From: Vulcanisaeta sp. AZ3
GTDB taxonomy: Archaea > Thermoproteota > Thermoprotei > Thermoproteales > Thermocladiaceae
DNA: 32,000 nucleotides
Reading direction: 5' to 3'
Assembly: GCA_000960865.2 (NCBI GenBank)
Contig: JZWU02000002.1
Location: forward strand, 1-32,000
Under the pieces are notes generated by a model. The model ran no database searches and was not told the origin of the DNA. It saw only the letters and a list, made by a program, of their open reading frames with translations. Shown piece after piece: positions 1 through 8,611 of the stretch. The first letter of the stretch is position 1, and the number at the start of each line of letters is the position of its first letter. A program made the position numbers and the translations under genes.

Positions 1-98
1 AATGAACATTTAGCAATCGAGGTTACAAAATGCCTATCCTTACTCTGCAACCGATTAAGCAAATAATTAGCCAGGTCCATTATCTCCTCTAAACCCAT
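1..98 (-). CDS. hypothetical protein, N-terminal fragment (gene continues off the left edge)
   Basis: The ATG at 98-96 shares one base with the TAA of the upstream ORF (TAATG). The frame stays open to position 1 (MGLEEIMDLANYLLNRLQSKDRHFVTSIAKCS...). No motif recognised. Confidence 0.3.
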   Translation of the reverse strand, partial: MGLEEIMDLANYLLNRLQSKDRHFVTSIAKCS

Positions 99-928
99 TA
101 CCAAATCACCCTCACTCCAGCCTTTGTTAATTCCCGCTTCATATAATCCAAGTAATTCTCAAGCAATTCCTTCGCGGGTAAAATAGTCTCGTGCGAGCTC
201 CTAGACCTCATTACGCATATATCACTAAACCTACAGACTTTACATGAGGTCGTCTTAGTTACCAAGGCACCAATATCACCACCCTCCGCAGCCTTAACCC
301 AAATCTTAAAGGCATATATGACTGGATAACCAACCTCCGGAATCACCTCAATGGGTACTATATTACGTAATATACCATCATTAAGTACCATGTACATAAC
401 ATAGGTATTTTTCTTACCAGCAGCTGAGTAAAAACCAGCCTGTATGAGATCATGCAATAACCTTGTCTTTGTAACCCTACTAATCACAGTCTTAAATTCC
501 AAGTAATAATCACCACAATCCAAGTCCGGCTTCCCCCTCAATGTCCATGAACCATGCACATACATAACCTCAACCCCATCAATACACTTACCACTAAGCC
601 TATTCTTCACCTCCGTGACAGCCAAACTATGTATCATCTTACCTAATAGATGCATTACTATATCACCCCAATCAATACTTGGGGTCCTACCCATTAAATA
701 ATAACTCGGTATTAAGGAGCACTGCGTGAATAAGCCCACTGGCACATTGCCAGGACTTATCTTAACCATGGAGTCCCTTATCTCATTAAAAATAACCCTA
801 CTCAACCCAACCTCCCTATTAACTGCATCACCAACCTCTTTCATTATGCTCGTTATTGAATAACCCTCCCTTACCAATCTCGTTACTTCCCCAACAACAC
901 TCTTTAAGGTATCAGTTAATTGACTCAT
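98..928 (-). CDS. Cas4-like PD-(D/E)xK nuclease with 4Fe-4S cysteines (RecB/DUF83-type), stand-alone
   Basis: Motifs occur in the canonical order: N-terminal Cys (FTQCSLIPSYY), GKMIH, GKPDLD...YYLEFK (D...ExK), LIQAGFY (QxxxY), and C-terminal CKVCRFSDIC (C-x2-C-x5-C). The ORF track starts at GTG 949. I prefer the ATG at 928 because it lies about 28 nt downstream of a TTTAAATAT box. Confidence 0.6.
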   Translation of the reverse strand: MSQLTDTLKSVVGEVTRLVREGYSITSIMKEVGDAVNREVGLSRVIFNEIRDSMVKISPGNVPVGLFTQCSLIPSYYLMGRTPSIDWGDIVMHLLGKMIHSLAVTEVKNRLSGKCIDGVEVMYVHGSWTLRGKPDLDCGDYYLEFKTVISRVTKTRLLHDLIQAGFYSAAGKKNTYVMYMVLNDGILRNIVPIEVIPEVGYPVIYAFKIWVKAAEGGDIGALVTKTTSCKVCRFSDICVMRSRSSHETILPAKELLENYLDYMKRELTKAGVRVIW

Positions 929-951
929 AACGATAACATCGAAAGACACCC

Positions 952-960
952 TTTAAATAT
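952..960 (-). promoter_or_regulatory. TATA-like box for the Cas4-like gene
   Basis: TTTAAATAT in the 46-bp gap between genes, centred about 28 nt upstream of ATG 928. The spacing fits a leaderless crenarchaeal promoter. Confidence 0.35.
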
Positions 961-995
961 CTGTCTAGCTCTAGACTCAATAATATCAACGCCCA

Positions 996-3002
996 TTAAG
1001 TAAGAAAGTATGATCTCTTCATAAAATCCTCATACTGACTAAGCAACTCCTTACTCAATGACGGACGAACCCTACCCAAGGCATACTCAAAATCCTCCCT
1101 CTTAATCATAATCCTCTCATCACCACCCAAAACCCTATCTAAAGCTCTCATCTTAGCCTCCCTAACCAAAGCCGCAATATCCGCACCACAATAACCCTCA
1201 GTCCTATCAGCAATCCAATCAATAACCTCATCCTCAACCACGGCATTCCTAATATGAACCCTTAAAATCTCACGCCTAGCCTCACGATTAGGCGGCGGTA
1301 TATACACAACCTTATCAAACCTACCAGGCCTAAGAAGAGCAGGATCCACAGACCAAGGCCTATTAGTAGCAGCAATAACAATCACATTACCCAACCCCCT
1401 CAACCCATCCATCTCTGTCAATAACTGAGAAATCGCATTAGCCCAAACAATACCCATCGGCGAATCCCTCGGCGGCGCCACGGAATCAATCTCATCAATA
1501 AATACTATCGCCGGAGCATTCTCACGAGCCCTATTAAACGCATCCTTAATAATAGACGCTGCTCTCTCAGGACCCACCCTAGCCAACTCAGCACCACTCA
1601 ACTCCAGGAAATTCGCCTTTAGCATATTCGCCGTAGCCTTAGCCAACAAAGTCTTACCCACACCAGGAGGACCGAAAAAGAGTATCCCGTGAATAGGCTC
1701 AATACCCAACCTCTCCAGAACCTCCTTTTTCTGCATAGACGCAACAACGTACTTATTAATCAAAGCCTTAGCCTCCTCTAAGTCACCAACATCATCCCAA
1801 GTAACCTCCGGAATCCCAACCTGGGGCTTCTCATAAGTCCTAAGCCTATCATACTGAAGCCTAAAGGCTTCATACCTCTCGAGCATGTCATACGTAAGAC
1901 TCGGCTTATACTTACTAATAATTCTCTCAAGATCCTCCTGAGTTATTAACCTCCTCTCCTTAGCAGCCTCAAGAACTGCAGTCCTAACAACATTCATTAT
2001 ATCAGCACCCGTAAACCTATCCGTCAACTTAGCCAACTTAGCATAATCAATAACACCCTGAACAGGCTTCCCCCTAAGCAATGACTCAAATATCCTAGCC
2101 CTAACCTCCTCACTCGGTGGCGGTACGTAAATCACCTTATCAAACCTACCAGGCCTAAGAAGAGCAGGATCAAGTAGGTCTGGTTGATTAGTAGTACCTA
2201 TTATTAATATACTCTCATTACTCTTACTAACACCATCCATTTCACTAAGCAATATATTCAACAGCCTCGGCGTCACATCATCACTCACATACCTAGTCCT
2301 AGCCTTACCAATAGCATCAACCTCATCAATTATAACCACAGACGGCGCATACTCCCTAGCCACCCTAAACAACTCAGAAAGCCTATTCTCACTCTCACCA
2401 TAATACTTACTTAACAATTCACCTAAATTCATTATTATAGTCGTCCAACCCAACCTACCCGCCATCGCCCTAGCAAGCATTGACTTACCCACACCAGGCG
2501 GACCAAAGAATAACACCCCATGTATTGGCATCAACCCATACTTCTGCGATATATTAGCATTCCTAAGCGGCATTAACACTGAAGACTCAATCTCATTCTT
2601 AATATCATCAATCCCAACAGCACTATCCCAATCCCCAGCCATCACCTTTAACTCATCCTTATTCGATATCAATTGATAACCCCGCTCAAGCATTACCATA
2701 GATTTCTTCCTCTCCTCCTCAAACCTAATCTCCACAAGCCTGAAATGCATTATAATCGGGAGTATTGTTAAACTAAGCAGAAGGGCTGGGATCAAACCCA
2801 TAACCAAAGTATTAACATTAATACCCTGATAAAGACTGAAATATGGATTTACATAATAAAGAAGACCAGTTAACAAGGCATAAGCGCCCATAGTACCAAC
2901 AGCCGGTGCAAAAAACCTAACTACATAATTACCATGAGCCCTCAACCTACTCGAAACCACATAAGCGCCATAAGCCGCAAGCGCCATAAGCAGCGGCAAC
3001 AC
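996..3002 (-). CDS. membrane-anchored tandem AAA+ ATPase (CDC48/VCP-like D1-D2 without a CDC48 N-domain)
   Basis: There are two AAA modules with Walker A GPPGVGKS / GPPGVGKT and Walker B IIDEVD / FIDEID. Each is followed by TN..D(L/V)DPALLRPGRFDK(V)(I/V)Y(V/I)PPP. The first ~95 aa are hydrophobic helices (LLTGLLYYV..., LVMGLIPALLLSLTILPIIM). The start is uncertain: GTG 3002 overlaps the upstream ORF by 61 nt, and ATG 2891 is the alternative. Confidence 0.85.
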   Translation of the reverse strand: MLPLLMALAAYGAYVVSSRLRAHGNYVVRFFAPAVGTMGAYALLTGLLYYVNPYFSLYQGINVNTLVMGLIPALLLSLTILPIIMHFRLVEIRFEEERKKSMVMLERGYQLISNKDELKVMAGDWDSAVGIDDIKNEIESSVLMPLRNANISQKYGLMPIHGVLFFGPPGVGKSMLARAMAGRLGWTTIIMNLGELLSKYYGESENRLSELFRVAREYAPSVVIIDEVDAIGKARTRYVSDDVTPRLLNILLSEMDGVSKSNESILIIGTTNQPDLLDPALLRPGRFDKVIYVPPPSEEVRARIFESLLRGKPVQGVIDYAKLAKLTDRFTGADIMNVVRTAVLEAAKERRLITQEDLERIISKYKPSLTYDMLERYEAFRLQYDRLRTYEKPQVGIPEVTWDDVGDLEEAKALINKYVVASMQKKEVLERLGIEPIHGILFFGPPGVGKTLLAKATANMLKANFLELSGAELARVGPERAASIIKDAFNRARENAPAIVFIDEIDSVAPPRDSPMGIVWANAISQLLTEMDGLRGLGNVIVIAATNRPWSVDPALLRPGRFDKVVYIPPPNREARREILRVHIRNAVVEDEVIDWIADRTEGYCGADIAALVREAKMRALDRVLGGDERIMIKREDFEYALGRVRPSLSKELLSQYEDFMKRSYFLT

Positions 3003-3646
3003 ATAAGTACTAGTCCAAGTAGCAAAACCCTAACAGCCGCCTGCCCAAGCCCTGAGAAACCCAGGCTTAAACCACTCAAGGCATTACCCACACTGGCAGC
3101 CGTAAGCGTACTCAGCGGCTGTACTTGACCAGTCACATGGCCAAACCAAGGCATCACTGAGGCATCAGCATTGAGGAGTATTAGAGTCGGAATGTAAAGC
3201 ACTAGGAATGTTATTAATGACTTCAACGGCATCACCCTCCTAGTAACGCCAACCGTAAGACTTGGCGACGTCAGAATTACAGGTATGGACAACACATAGA
3301 ATGCATTAGGCACTATAGACAACTCCCAAGCAAGCATACCAACACCCACACCCAACCAATCAAAAGCCTCAATAAGCACAAGAAGAATCAAAATAAGCAA
3401 CAAAGCACCCAAAGCCGCATACCTATAAACATAGAGCAAAGCCGGTATTAAAATTACAACCATCACCGCAAAGGCAAGCTTCGTACGCCCTGAATAAGCC
3501 AAGGCCGTAGCGACAATAACTATTAACACAGCAACAGGCAATGGATAAAAAGGAAAATCCCACACCAAAGCCATCGCAGAGACTATTAAGTAAAGTACAG
3601 CCGTAAATAACCTCGACATTTCACGCAACGCCCTAGTACTAACCAC
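2942..3646 (-). CDS. polytopic integral membrane protein, unknown family
   Basis: 234-aa ORF with about 6 hydrophobic segments, lying directly upstream of and co-oriented with the AAA+ gene. The last ~20 aa (MCCRCLWRLRLMALMWFRVG) overlap the AAA+ frame and look non-native, so the true 3' end is uncertain. Confidence 0.55.
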   Translation of the reverse strand: MVSTRALREMSRLFTAVLYLIVSAMALVWDFPFYPLPVAVLIVIVATALAYSGRTKLAFAVMVVILIPALLYVYRYAALGALLLILILLVLIEAFDWLGVGVGMLAWELSIVPNAFYVLSIPVILTSPSLTVGVTRRVMPLKSLITFLVLYIPTLILLNADASVMPWFGHVTGQVQPLSTLTAASVGNALSGLSLGFSGLGQAAVRVLLLGLVLMCCRCLWRLRLMALMWFRVG

Positions 3647-3744
3647 ATCACTACCATTATGAGGACCCTTAATAAAATATCAATTAAAATCGCCAATTAC
3701 AACAAAACGAAAACCTCACCTTGAAGAACAAGGAAGAAACTAAC

Positions 3745-4050
3745 CTACTGCGCCTTCTTCTCAGCCCCCTTCTCCTCCGGAACGTTTAGGGTAACCTTCA
3801 CAGTACCATCACTATACTTCGTAACCTTAACCTCAACCCTCCTCGGCGGCTTCTCAATACTCCTCGACCAAACATAATTATTAACATCATTCTCAACCCT
3901 AACCTTACTAGGCTCAACCCTCATATGCCTAGCCACAAAACTCCTAATCAACCTAATGGCATAGGGAGACCTCTTAGTCCTAGAAACCTCCCTAGTCCTC
4001 CTAAGGTTAATCACATAAACTCTCTCAACCTCAACCTTAGCCTCACTCAT
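3745..4050 (-). CDS. rpl31e: 50S ribosomal protein L31e
   Basis: VYVINLRR...[17 protein letters not shown]...[27 protein letters not shown] is the typical L31e core. I prefer ATG 4050 (MSEAKVE) over the track start at 4071. Confidence 0.9.
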   Translation of the reverse strand: MSEAKVEVERVYVINLRRTREVSRTKRSPYAIRLIRSFVARHMRVEPSKVRVENDVNNYVWSRSIEKPPRRVEVKVTKYSDGTVKVTLNVPEEKGAEKKAQ

Positions 4051-4083
4051 CAAGGCACAGGAAATGAGCAAGATTAATAAGCA

Positions 4084-4911
4084 TTATTTTTCCCTAAAAC
4101 CACTAAGCAACTCCAGAACCCCAGCCCTAACATAATCCTCATTACCGAACCCCATCACAGTCAATAATTCATAGAGAGACTTAACAGCTGAGGAAACAAC
4201 CAATGGAGTCCTCGTATCCCCAGCAGTCTTAACCGCATAATGCACATCCTTAGCAGCCAAGGCCAACGTGAATGACGGCGATGACCTAGGACTCACCATC
4301 CTATCCAAGTACTTCTCAGCAATCTCCCTAAACACAGTTCTCCTCAGAAGGTCCTTGAGGACACCATCATCAATACCGTAGGTCTTACCAAGCACAACAT
4401 ATTCGCCCAATAAAGCCATTGAACCTATAAGAAATGCATTATAGGCTAACTTCAATGCCATCGCAGACTCAGCAGTTGGCAATCTAATCACAGCACCCAA
4501 CTTATCAAAAACACCCTTAACCCCCTCATAAGTAGCCTCAGAACCCCCAACTAAATACACAGCCGTACCCTTCTCCACATCACCAGGTCCACCAACAACC
4601 GGCGCAGCCAAAAATCCAACACCCGCATCTCTAAGCCTAGCACTAAATGAAGCAACCGCAGCAACACTATATGTACCCGACAAGGCCACAACCTCACCAC
4701 CAACACCCCTAACCATACCTAACGCATTATCATCAGAGACAAAGACAAACACCAAACCCCTAGCTTGAGAAATATCATCAAGAGGCTTAGCCGGTAAGTC
4801 CTTAAGCTTCTCCTTCGTCCTATTCCACGCATACACAGTGAAGCCTTGACTAGCCAACCTCCTAACTAACGCACTACCCATCCTACCCGTACCAACCACA
4901 GTAACATCCAT
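4084..4911 (-). CDS. NAD(P)-dependent oxidoreductase, 3-hydroxyisobutyrate / 6-phosphogluconate dehydrogenase family
   Basis: N-terminal Rossmann motif VTVVGTGRMGSALVRRLASQGFTVYAWNRT. Length and the C-terminal helical domain pattern (ALKLAYN...) fit the family. Confidence 0.75.
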   Translation of the reverse strand: MDVTVVGTGRMGSALVRRLASQGFTVYAWNRTKEKLKDLPAKPLDDISQARGLVFVFVSDDNALGMVRGVGGEVVALSGTYSVAAVASFSARLRDAGVGFLAAPVVGGPGDVEKGTAVYLVGGSEATYEGVKGVFDKLGAVIRLPTAESAMALKLAYNAFLIGSMALLGEYVVLGKTYGIDDGVLKDLLRRTVFREIAEKYLDRMVSPRSSPSFTLALAAKDVHYAVKTAGDTRTPLVVSSAVKSLYELLTVMGFGNEDYVRAGVLELLSGFREK

Positions 4912-4957
4912 ACGATTAGTGAATTCTAGAGCCGAATTAAAAAGTATTATGAATGAA

Positions 4958-5506
4958 TTAACTATTTGATTCAGACCCTTGATTTAAGGATACATTAATC
5001 TTCATTAATGAGAATATATCATCCTCCCTAATCACACTAACACCCGTCGTGCTCGGAAAAACCTCCACCTGTATAACCTTATCAGGATTCTCAAGCCTAA
5101 CCTTATTACTAATCCTAGAGGCTATTGAATCTATAATATCCATCCTATCCAAATCAACACCCCTCTTCCTAACCTCAACCTTATACGTCTCACCAGCACC
5201 CAAGTACCTACCCGCCAAATCAACAGCAGCCTTCGCAATAGCATCCAAGTCCGTCCTAACAGTCCTCATTATAGGAACAACCTTAAGCACAAAACGAGGC
5301 ACATAACGACCACTAACCACTAACTCCTTAACTCTCCTCGTGAATTCCACAGGATCCCCATCAACATAACCAGTTATCAAACCATCAAACCCCGTAAATG
5401 ACGTCTGAGCAATCCTCATACCAATCATATCACCTATATACCTAATCTCATCAGCAGCCCTACCCTCCAACCTCCTCCCTGTGGATATCACAAGGTTAAA
5501 ATCCAT
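4958..5506 (-). CDS. THUMP domain-containing protein
   Basis: About 180 aa. The N-terminus NLVISTGRRLEGRAADEI and the C-terminal half YKVEVRKRG...DIIDSIASRI...ENPDKVIQVEVF match the stand-alone archaeal THUMP pattern. Confidence 0.6.
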   Translation of the reverse strand: MDFNLVISTGRRLEGRAADEIRYIGDMIGMRIAQTSFTGFDGLITGYVDGDPVEFTRRVKELVVSGRYVPRFVLKVVPIMRTVRTDLDAIAKAAVDLAGRYLGAGETYKVEVRKRGVDLDRMDIIDSIASRISNKVRLENPDKVIQVEVFPSTTGVSVIREDDIFSLMKINVSLNQGSESNS

Positions 5507-5609
5507 AACAAAAACTCAACACCCCAACCTAAACACTAATTTATAAACCACACCTATTTCGAGATTATTAACACCCTTAATCCTACAGCGAATCAACAAA
5601 AGGTAATGC

Positions 5610-5618
5610 TTTTAAGAT
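5610..5618 (+). promoter_or_regulatory. TATA-like box upstream of the acidic micro-ORF
   Basis: TTTTAAGAT centred about 31 nt upstream of ATG 5645, in an otherwise unassigned 289-bp intergenic region. Confidence 0.3.
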
Positions 5619-5644
5619 AAGCAATTAAGACTCAACGATCAAGC

Positions 5645-5752
5645 ATGAACAGACTACTTATGGAGGAAGAGGAATGGGGTGAAGGTGAAGGAGAAGGAGA
5701 AGAGGAAGAGGAATGGGAAGAATTCGAAGAGGAATGGGAGGAAGAATTATAA
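5645..5752 (+). CDS. candidate micro-protein (35 aa), extremely acidic: MNRLLMEEEEWGEGEGEGEEEEEWEEFEEEWEEEL
   Basis: ATG...TAA ORF below the ORF-track size cutoff, read by hand. It is a GAA/GAG/GGT-rich patch on a strand that is otherwise G-poor, with a TATA-like box at the right distance. It lies on the opposite strand to both neighbours. Confidence 0.3.
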   Translation: MNRLLMEEEEWGEGEGEGEEEEEWEEFEEEWEEEL

Positions 5753-5795
5753 TCATTATTAAACACAACCCATTAAAATAGAAAACCCACCCACT

Positions 5796-7001
5796 TCACA
5801 CCTCAGCATAACTCAATTGACTAAGCACATAAGCCCTAACATCACTATCACTCGGCATAGACTCAACAGCCTTACCATCCTCCACAAACCTCCTCAAAAG
5901 AGGCACAGGCCTAGAATTATCCGGACAAGGTGCAGGCTCCGAATCCCAGGGAACAACCTGATCATTAAGCGTATCCCCACACCTATAAACCTGCTTAAAG
6001 CCCGGCAACTTACCACGCTTTGTAATTGGAACCCAACGACTACTCTTCTCATCATAAGCCTCCACAATATCCATACTAATATCAACACTCGGCGGGAAGG
6101 CTATTGAAGTGCCAACGCCGAGCATATCCACAATATCCCTAAGCCTAACAACCTCATCCTCATCCACACCACCACTAACAACAATCTTAACATTCCTATA
6201 CCCAGCCAAATCAAGAGTCCACCTAACCTCACGCACAATAGCCTCCATACTACCACGCCTACTACTCGGCGTATCAAGCCTAACACCAAACAACCTATCA
6301 CCAAGCAACTTAGCAGCTAACATAGACTCTTCACGCTCGTCAAAGAAAGTATCAGCCAAAACAATCCTAGGAACACCACTCGGCATCACCTTATCAAACC
6401 ACACCCAAGCCATCGTATGATCCCCAACAGCATGCCTAAACACAATCATTAACGCATGAGGCATCGTACCACTCGGCTCAATACCAAGCAACTTAGCCCC
6501 AATCACACCCGCAACACCATCACAACCACCTATATACGCCGCCCTATCAACCATAGGCTGAACTGCTGGATGAACAACCCTAGCGCCAAAGAATAGACAG
6601 ACCTTATCACCAGCAAGCCTCTTTATCCTAGCAGCCTTAGTAGCCACTGAACTATAATGCCTCAATATACCTAGAAATGTAGTTTCATAAACAGCAAAAT
6701 CAACATAATTCCCCTCAACCACCATAACAGGCTCACCAGCCTTAAACAAAGTCCCCTCAGGCATCGCATATATAGTCACAGGCAACTCCTTAGCCGTCAC
6801 CAAATTAACAACCTCCCTCAAACCAGCAAAAACAGCCCACTTATAATCCCTGGGTAAATTAACAACATGAAACTCAGCCCTAACCCTAACCCTATCAAGA
6901 CCCGCAGCCTTAAGAACATCAACAGTCCTATTGAAATAAATATCCGTAGCCTCACCATTAAGAATCTCCTCATCCCTAGCAACATAAAACAACCTATCCA
7001 T
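5796..7001 (-). CDS. pncB: nicotinate phosphoribosyltransferase (archaeal type)
   Basis: [14 protein letters not shown]-terminus, [10 protein letters not shown] motif, [10 protein letters not shown] and VSGG(V/L)DE are typical of the NAPRTase family. I prefer ATG 7001 ([11 protein letters not shown]...); the Cys/Trp-rich track extension to 7112 looks non-coding. Confidence 0.8.
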   Translation of the reverse strand: MDRLFYVARDEEILNGEATDIYFNRTVDVLKAAGLDRVRVRAEFHVVNLPRDYKWAVFAGLREVVNLVTAKELPVTIYAMPEGTLFKAGEPVMVVEGNYVDFAVYETTFLGILRHYSSVATKAARIKRLAGDKVCLFFGARVVHPAVQPMVDRAAYIGGCDGVAGVIGAKLLGIEPSGTMPHALMIVFRHAVGDHTMAWVWFDKVMPSGVPRIVLADTFFDEREESMLAAKLLGDRLFGVRLDTPSSRRGSMEAIVREVRWTLDLAGYRNVKIVVSGGVDEDEVVRLRDIVDMLGVGTSIAFPPSVDISMDIVEAYDEKSSRWVPITKRGKLPGFKQVYRCGDTLNDQVVPWDSEPAPCPDNSRPVPLLRRFVEDGKAVESMPSDSDVRAYVLSQLSYAEV

Positions 7002-7108
7002 TGATCGAAATAGGCACCAGCAAATTTTAAGCTCTACACTGCAAAAACTGCCATGACAAACAGAAACTGCACTATTAATTTTTAAGAAACAACCACCTAA
7101 CCACTCAA

Positions 7109-7294
7109 TCACGCAGCCTTATACTTCCCATCAGTCTTTACTACCTTCCCATCCTTCACTAACCTCGTCAACTGGGCCTTAACAACATTAAGCCTCTCCT
7201 CACCAACAGCCCTCGCTATCTCCTCAACAGCAAACTCCTTATCCTTATTACCCGTAAGATAATCCAGAATCTTCTTCTTTATACCCTCGACCAT
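7109..7294 (-). CDS. small winged-helix DNA-binding protein (61 aa)
   Basis: [47 protein letters not shown] has the helix-turn-helix plus wing pattern. It has its own TATA box (7317-7324). Confidence 0.5.
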   Translation of the reverse strand: MVEGIKKKILDYLTGNKDKEFAVEEIARAVGEERLNVVKAQLTRLVKDGKVVKTDGKYKAA

Positions 7295-7316
7295 ACAATA
7301 TGAAAGTATTTTCTAG

Positions 7317-7324
7317 TTTTTAAA
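7317..7324 (-). promoter_or_regulatory. TATA box for the wHTH gene
   Basis: TTTAAAAA on the minus strand, centred about 27 nt upstream of ATG 7294. Confidence 0.4.
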
Positions 7325-7464
7325 GACACCGCTTACATATTTTGTGAGACGCAATCCATAACTCATTAAACTAATTAATAATATAAATTAACATACTTCT
7401 AATTAAAAACCAGAAATTTACCGCAAAACCACTGCAACCCCCTCTATTAATAACACATAAACCC

Positions 7465-8580
7465 ATGAAAAATACCATAACCTCTACTCATTATTCACAT
7501 GTAAAAAGAGATTTACACAAGAGAGATTGCTTTTATATGCCCAAACTAGCACTCAAAACTGAAGTGCAAGAGTTCAGGGCATATTATGATAATGGAATTG
7601 TAATAGAATACAAAAGCAAGAAAATAATCATCGACTCACTAAAAAGACCAACAAAGCCATACGACGCAATACTAATAACCCACGGACACAAAGACCACGT
7701 AAACCCCAAAGCCCTCCACGGAGCCTACCCAATAATCATGAGCGAAGAAACAGCCACCATAATCAGAATCCGCGACAATGAAAGACTCAGGTACATAAAG
7801 GCCAACCCAGGCACTAAACTAACCATTAACGACATCACAATCGAAGCCTTCAACGCCGGACACATAATCGGCAGCCTATCCTACGTCCTCGACTTTAAAG
7901 ACCTTAGGATTGGAATCACTGGGGATTTTAACGTCGAATCCTCAATAATACTAAACGGCAACAAAAGCCTACCCGCAGACATCATAATAATGGAAGCAAC
8001 GTACGGAGACCCCGACTACGTATTCCCAAGCAGAGAAACAATATACAACGAATTAAAAACCATAATCGAGAACAACACAAAAAGCGGTAACGTACTCCTA
8101 ATGGGCCAACCACTAGGTAGAGGACAAGAACTAACCGCCCTGCTTAAGGACTACCCAATCTACATAGAACCCAACATAAAGATACTAAACAACGCACTCG
8201 GCCTCAAGTACGGCAAAGTACTCAGCGACTTACCCGAGACAGGCTCAATAATCATAACGGGCACACAAAAAAACTCCATGAATACAATCAACATACTAAA
8301 AACCAAATACAGCTTAACCAAAACCATTGCACTAAGCGGCATGTACGCAAGAGAATCAAGAACCAACAGACTTAGAGCCCTTGGCATTGAGGCAATCCCA
8401 CTAAGCAGCCACTCCGACTTCCCAGGCCTCGTGGATTTCGTACTCAATAGCGAGGCCAAATTCATCTACACTGTTTACGGAAACGCCGTAAAATTCGCCA
8501 AATACCTCAGGAAAGAGCTCAACATCATGGCAAGACCCCTCCCCACACCAAATCAATTAAGCATTGACTCCTTCCTATAA
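7465..8580 (+). CDS. MBL-fold metallo-hydrolase, beta-CASP-like
   Basis: HxHxDH motif (ILITHGHKDHV), later AGHIIGS and GDF, and a C-terminal SSHSDFPGL that resembles beta-CASP motif C. ATG 7537 (MPKLALK...) is an alternative start. Confidence 0.7.
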   Translation: MKNTITSTHYSHVKRDLHKRDCFYMPKLALKTEVQEFRAYYDNGIVIEYKSKKIIIDSLKRPTKPYDAILITHGHKDHVNPKALHGAYPIIMSEETATIIRIRDNERLRYIKANPGTKLTINDITIEAFNAGHIIGSLSYVLDFKDLRIGITGDFNVESSIILNGNKSLPADIIIMEATYGDPDYVFPSRETIYNELKTIIENNTKSGNVLLMGQPLGRGQELTALLKDYPIYIEPNIKILNNALGLKYGKVLSDLPETGSIIITGTQKNSMNTINILKTKYSLTKTIALSGMYARESRTNRLRALGIEAIPLSSHSDFPGLVDFVLNSEAKFIYTVYGNAVKFAKYLRKELNIMARPLPTPNQLSIDSFL

Positions 8581-8611
8581 ATTTAAAATCACCAATAAGG
8601 AGCAGGACCTA

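Noticed and set aside
996-3002. Could the AAA+ gene be the Orc1/Cdc6 initiator that would support an origin at 12.9 kb?
   Set aside because: It has two classic-clade AAA modules with SRH/Arg-finger regions of the CDC48 type and no C-terminal winged helix. It is also about 10 kb from the skew flip. I saw no ORB-like repeats around 12.6-13.3 kb by eye.
5645-5752. Acidic micro-ORF as a LysW-type amino-group carrier (it contains EEWGE)
   Set aside because: LysW/ArgW proteins have an N-terminal zinc-ribbon (CxxC...CxxC) and carry the EDWGE motif at the extreme C-terminus. This peptide has no Cys and the motif is internal.
5817-6420. Four 64-103 aa ORFs on both strands within the NAPRTase gene
   Set aside because: They are shadow ORFs with low-complexity sequences. 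The NAPRTase frame carries the family motifs throughout.
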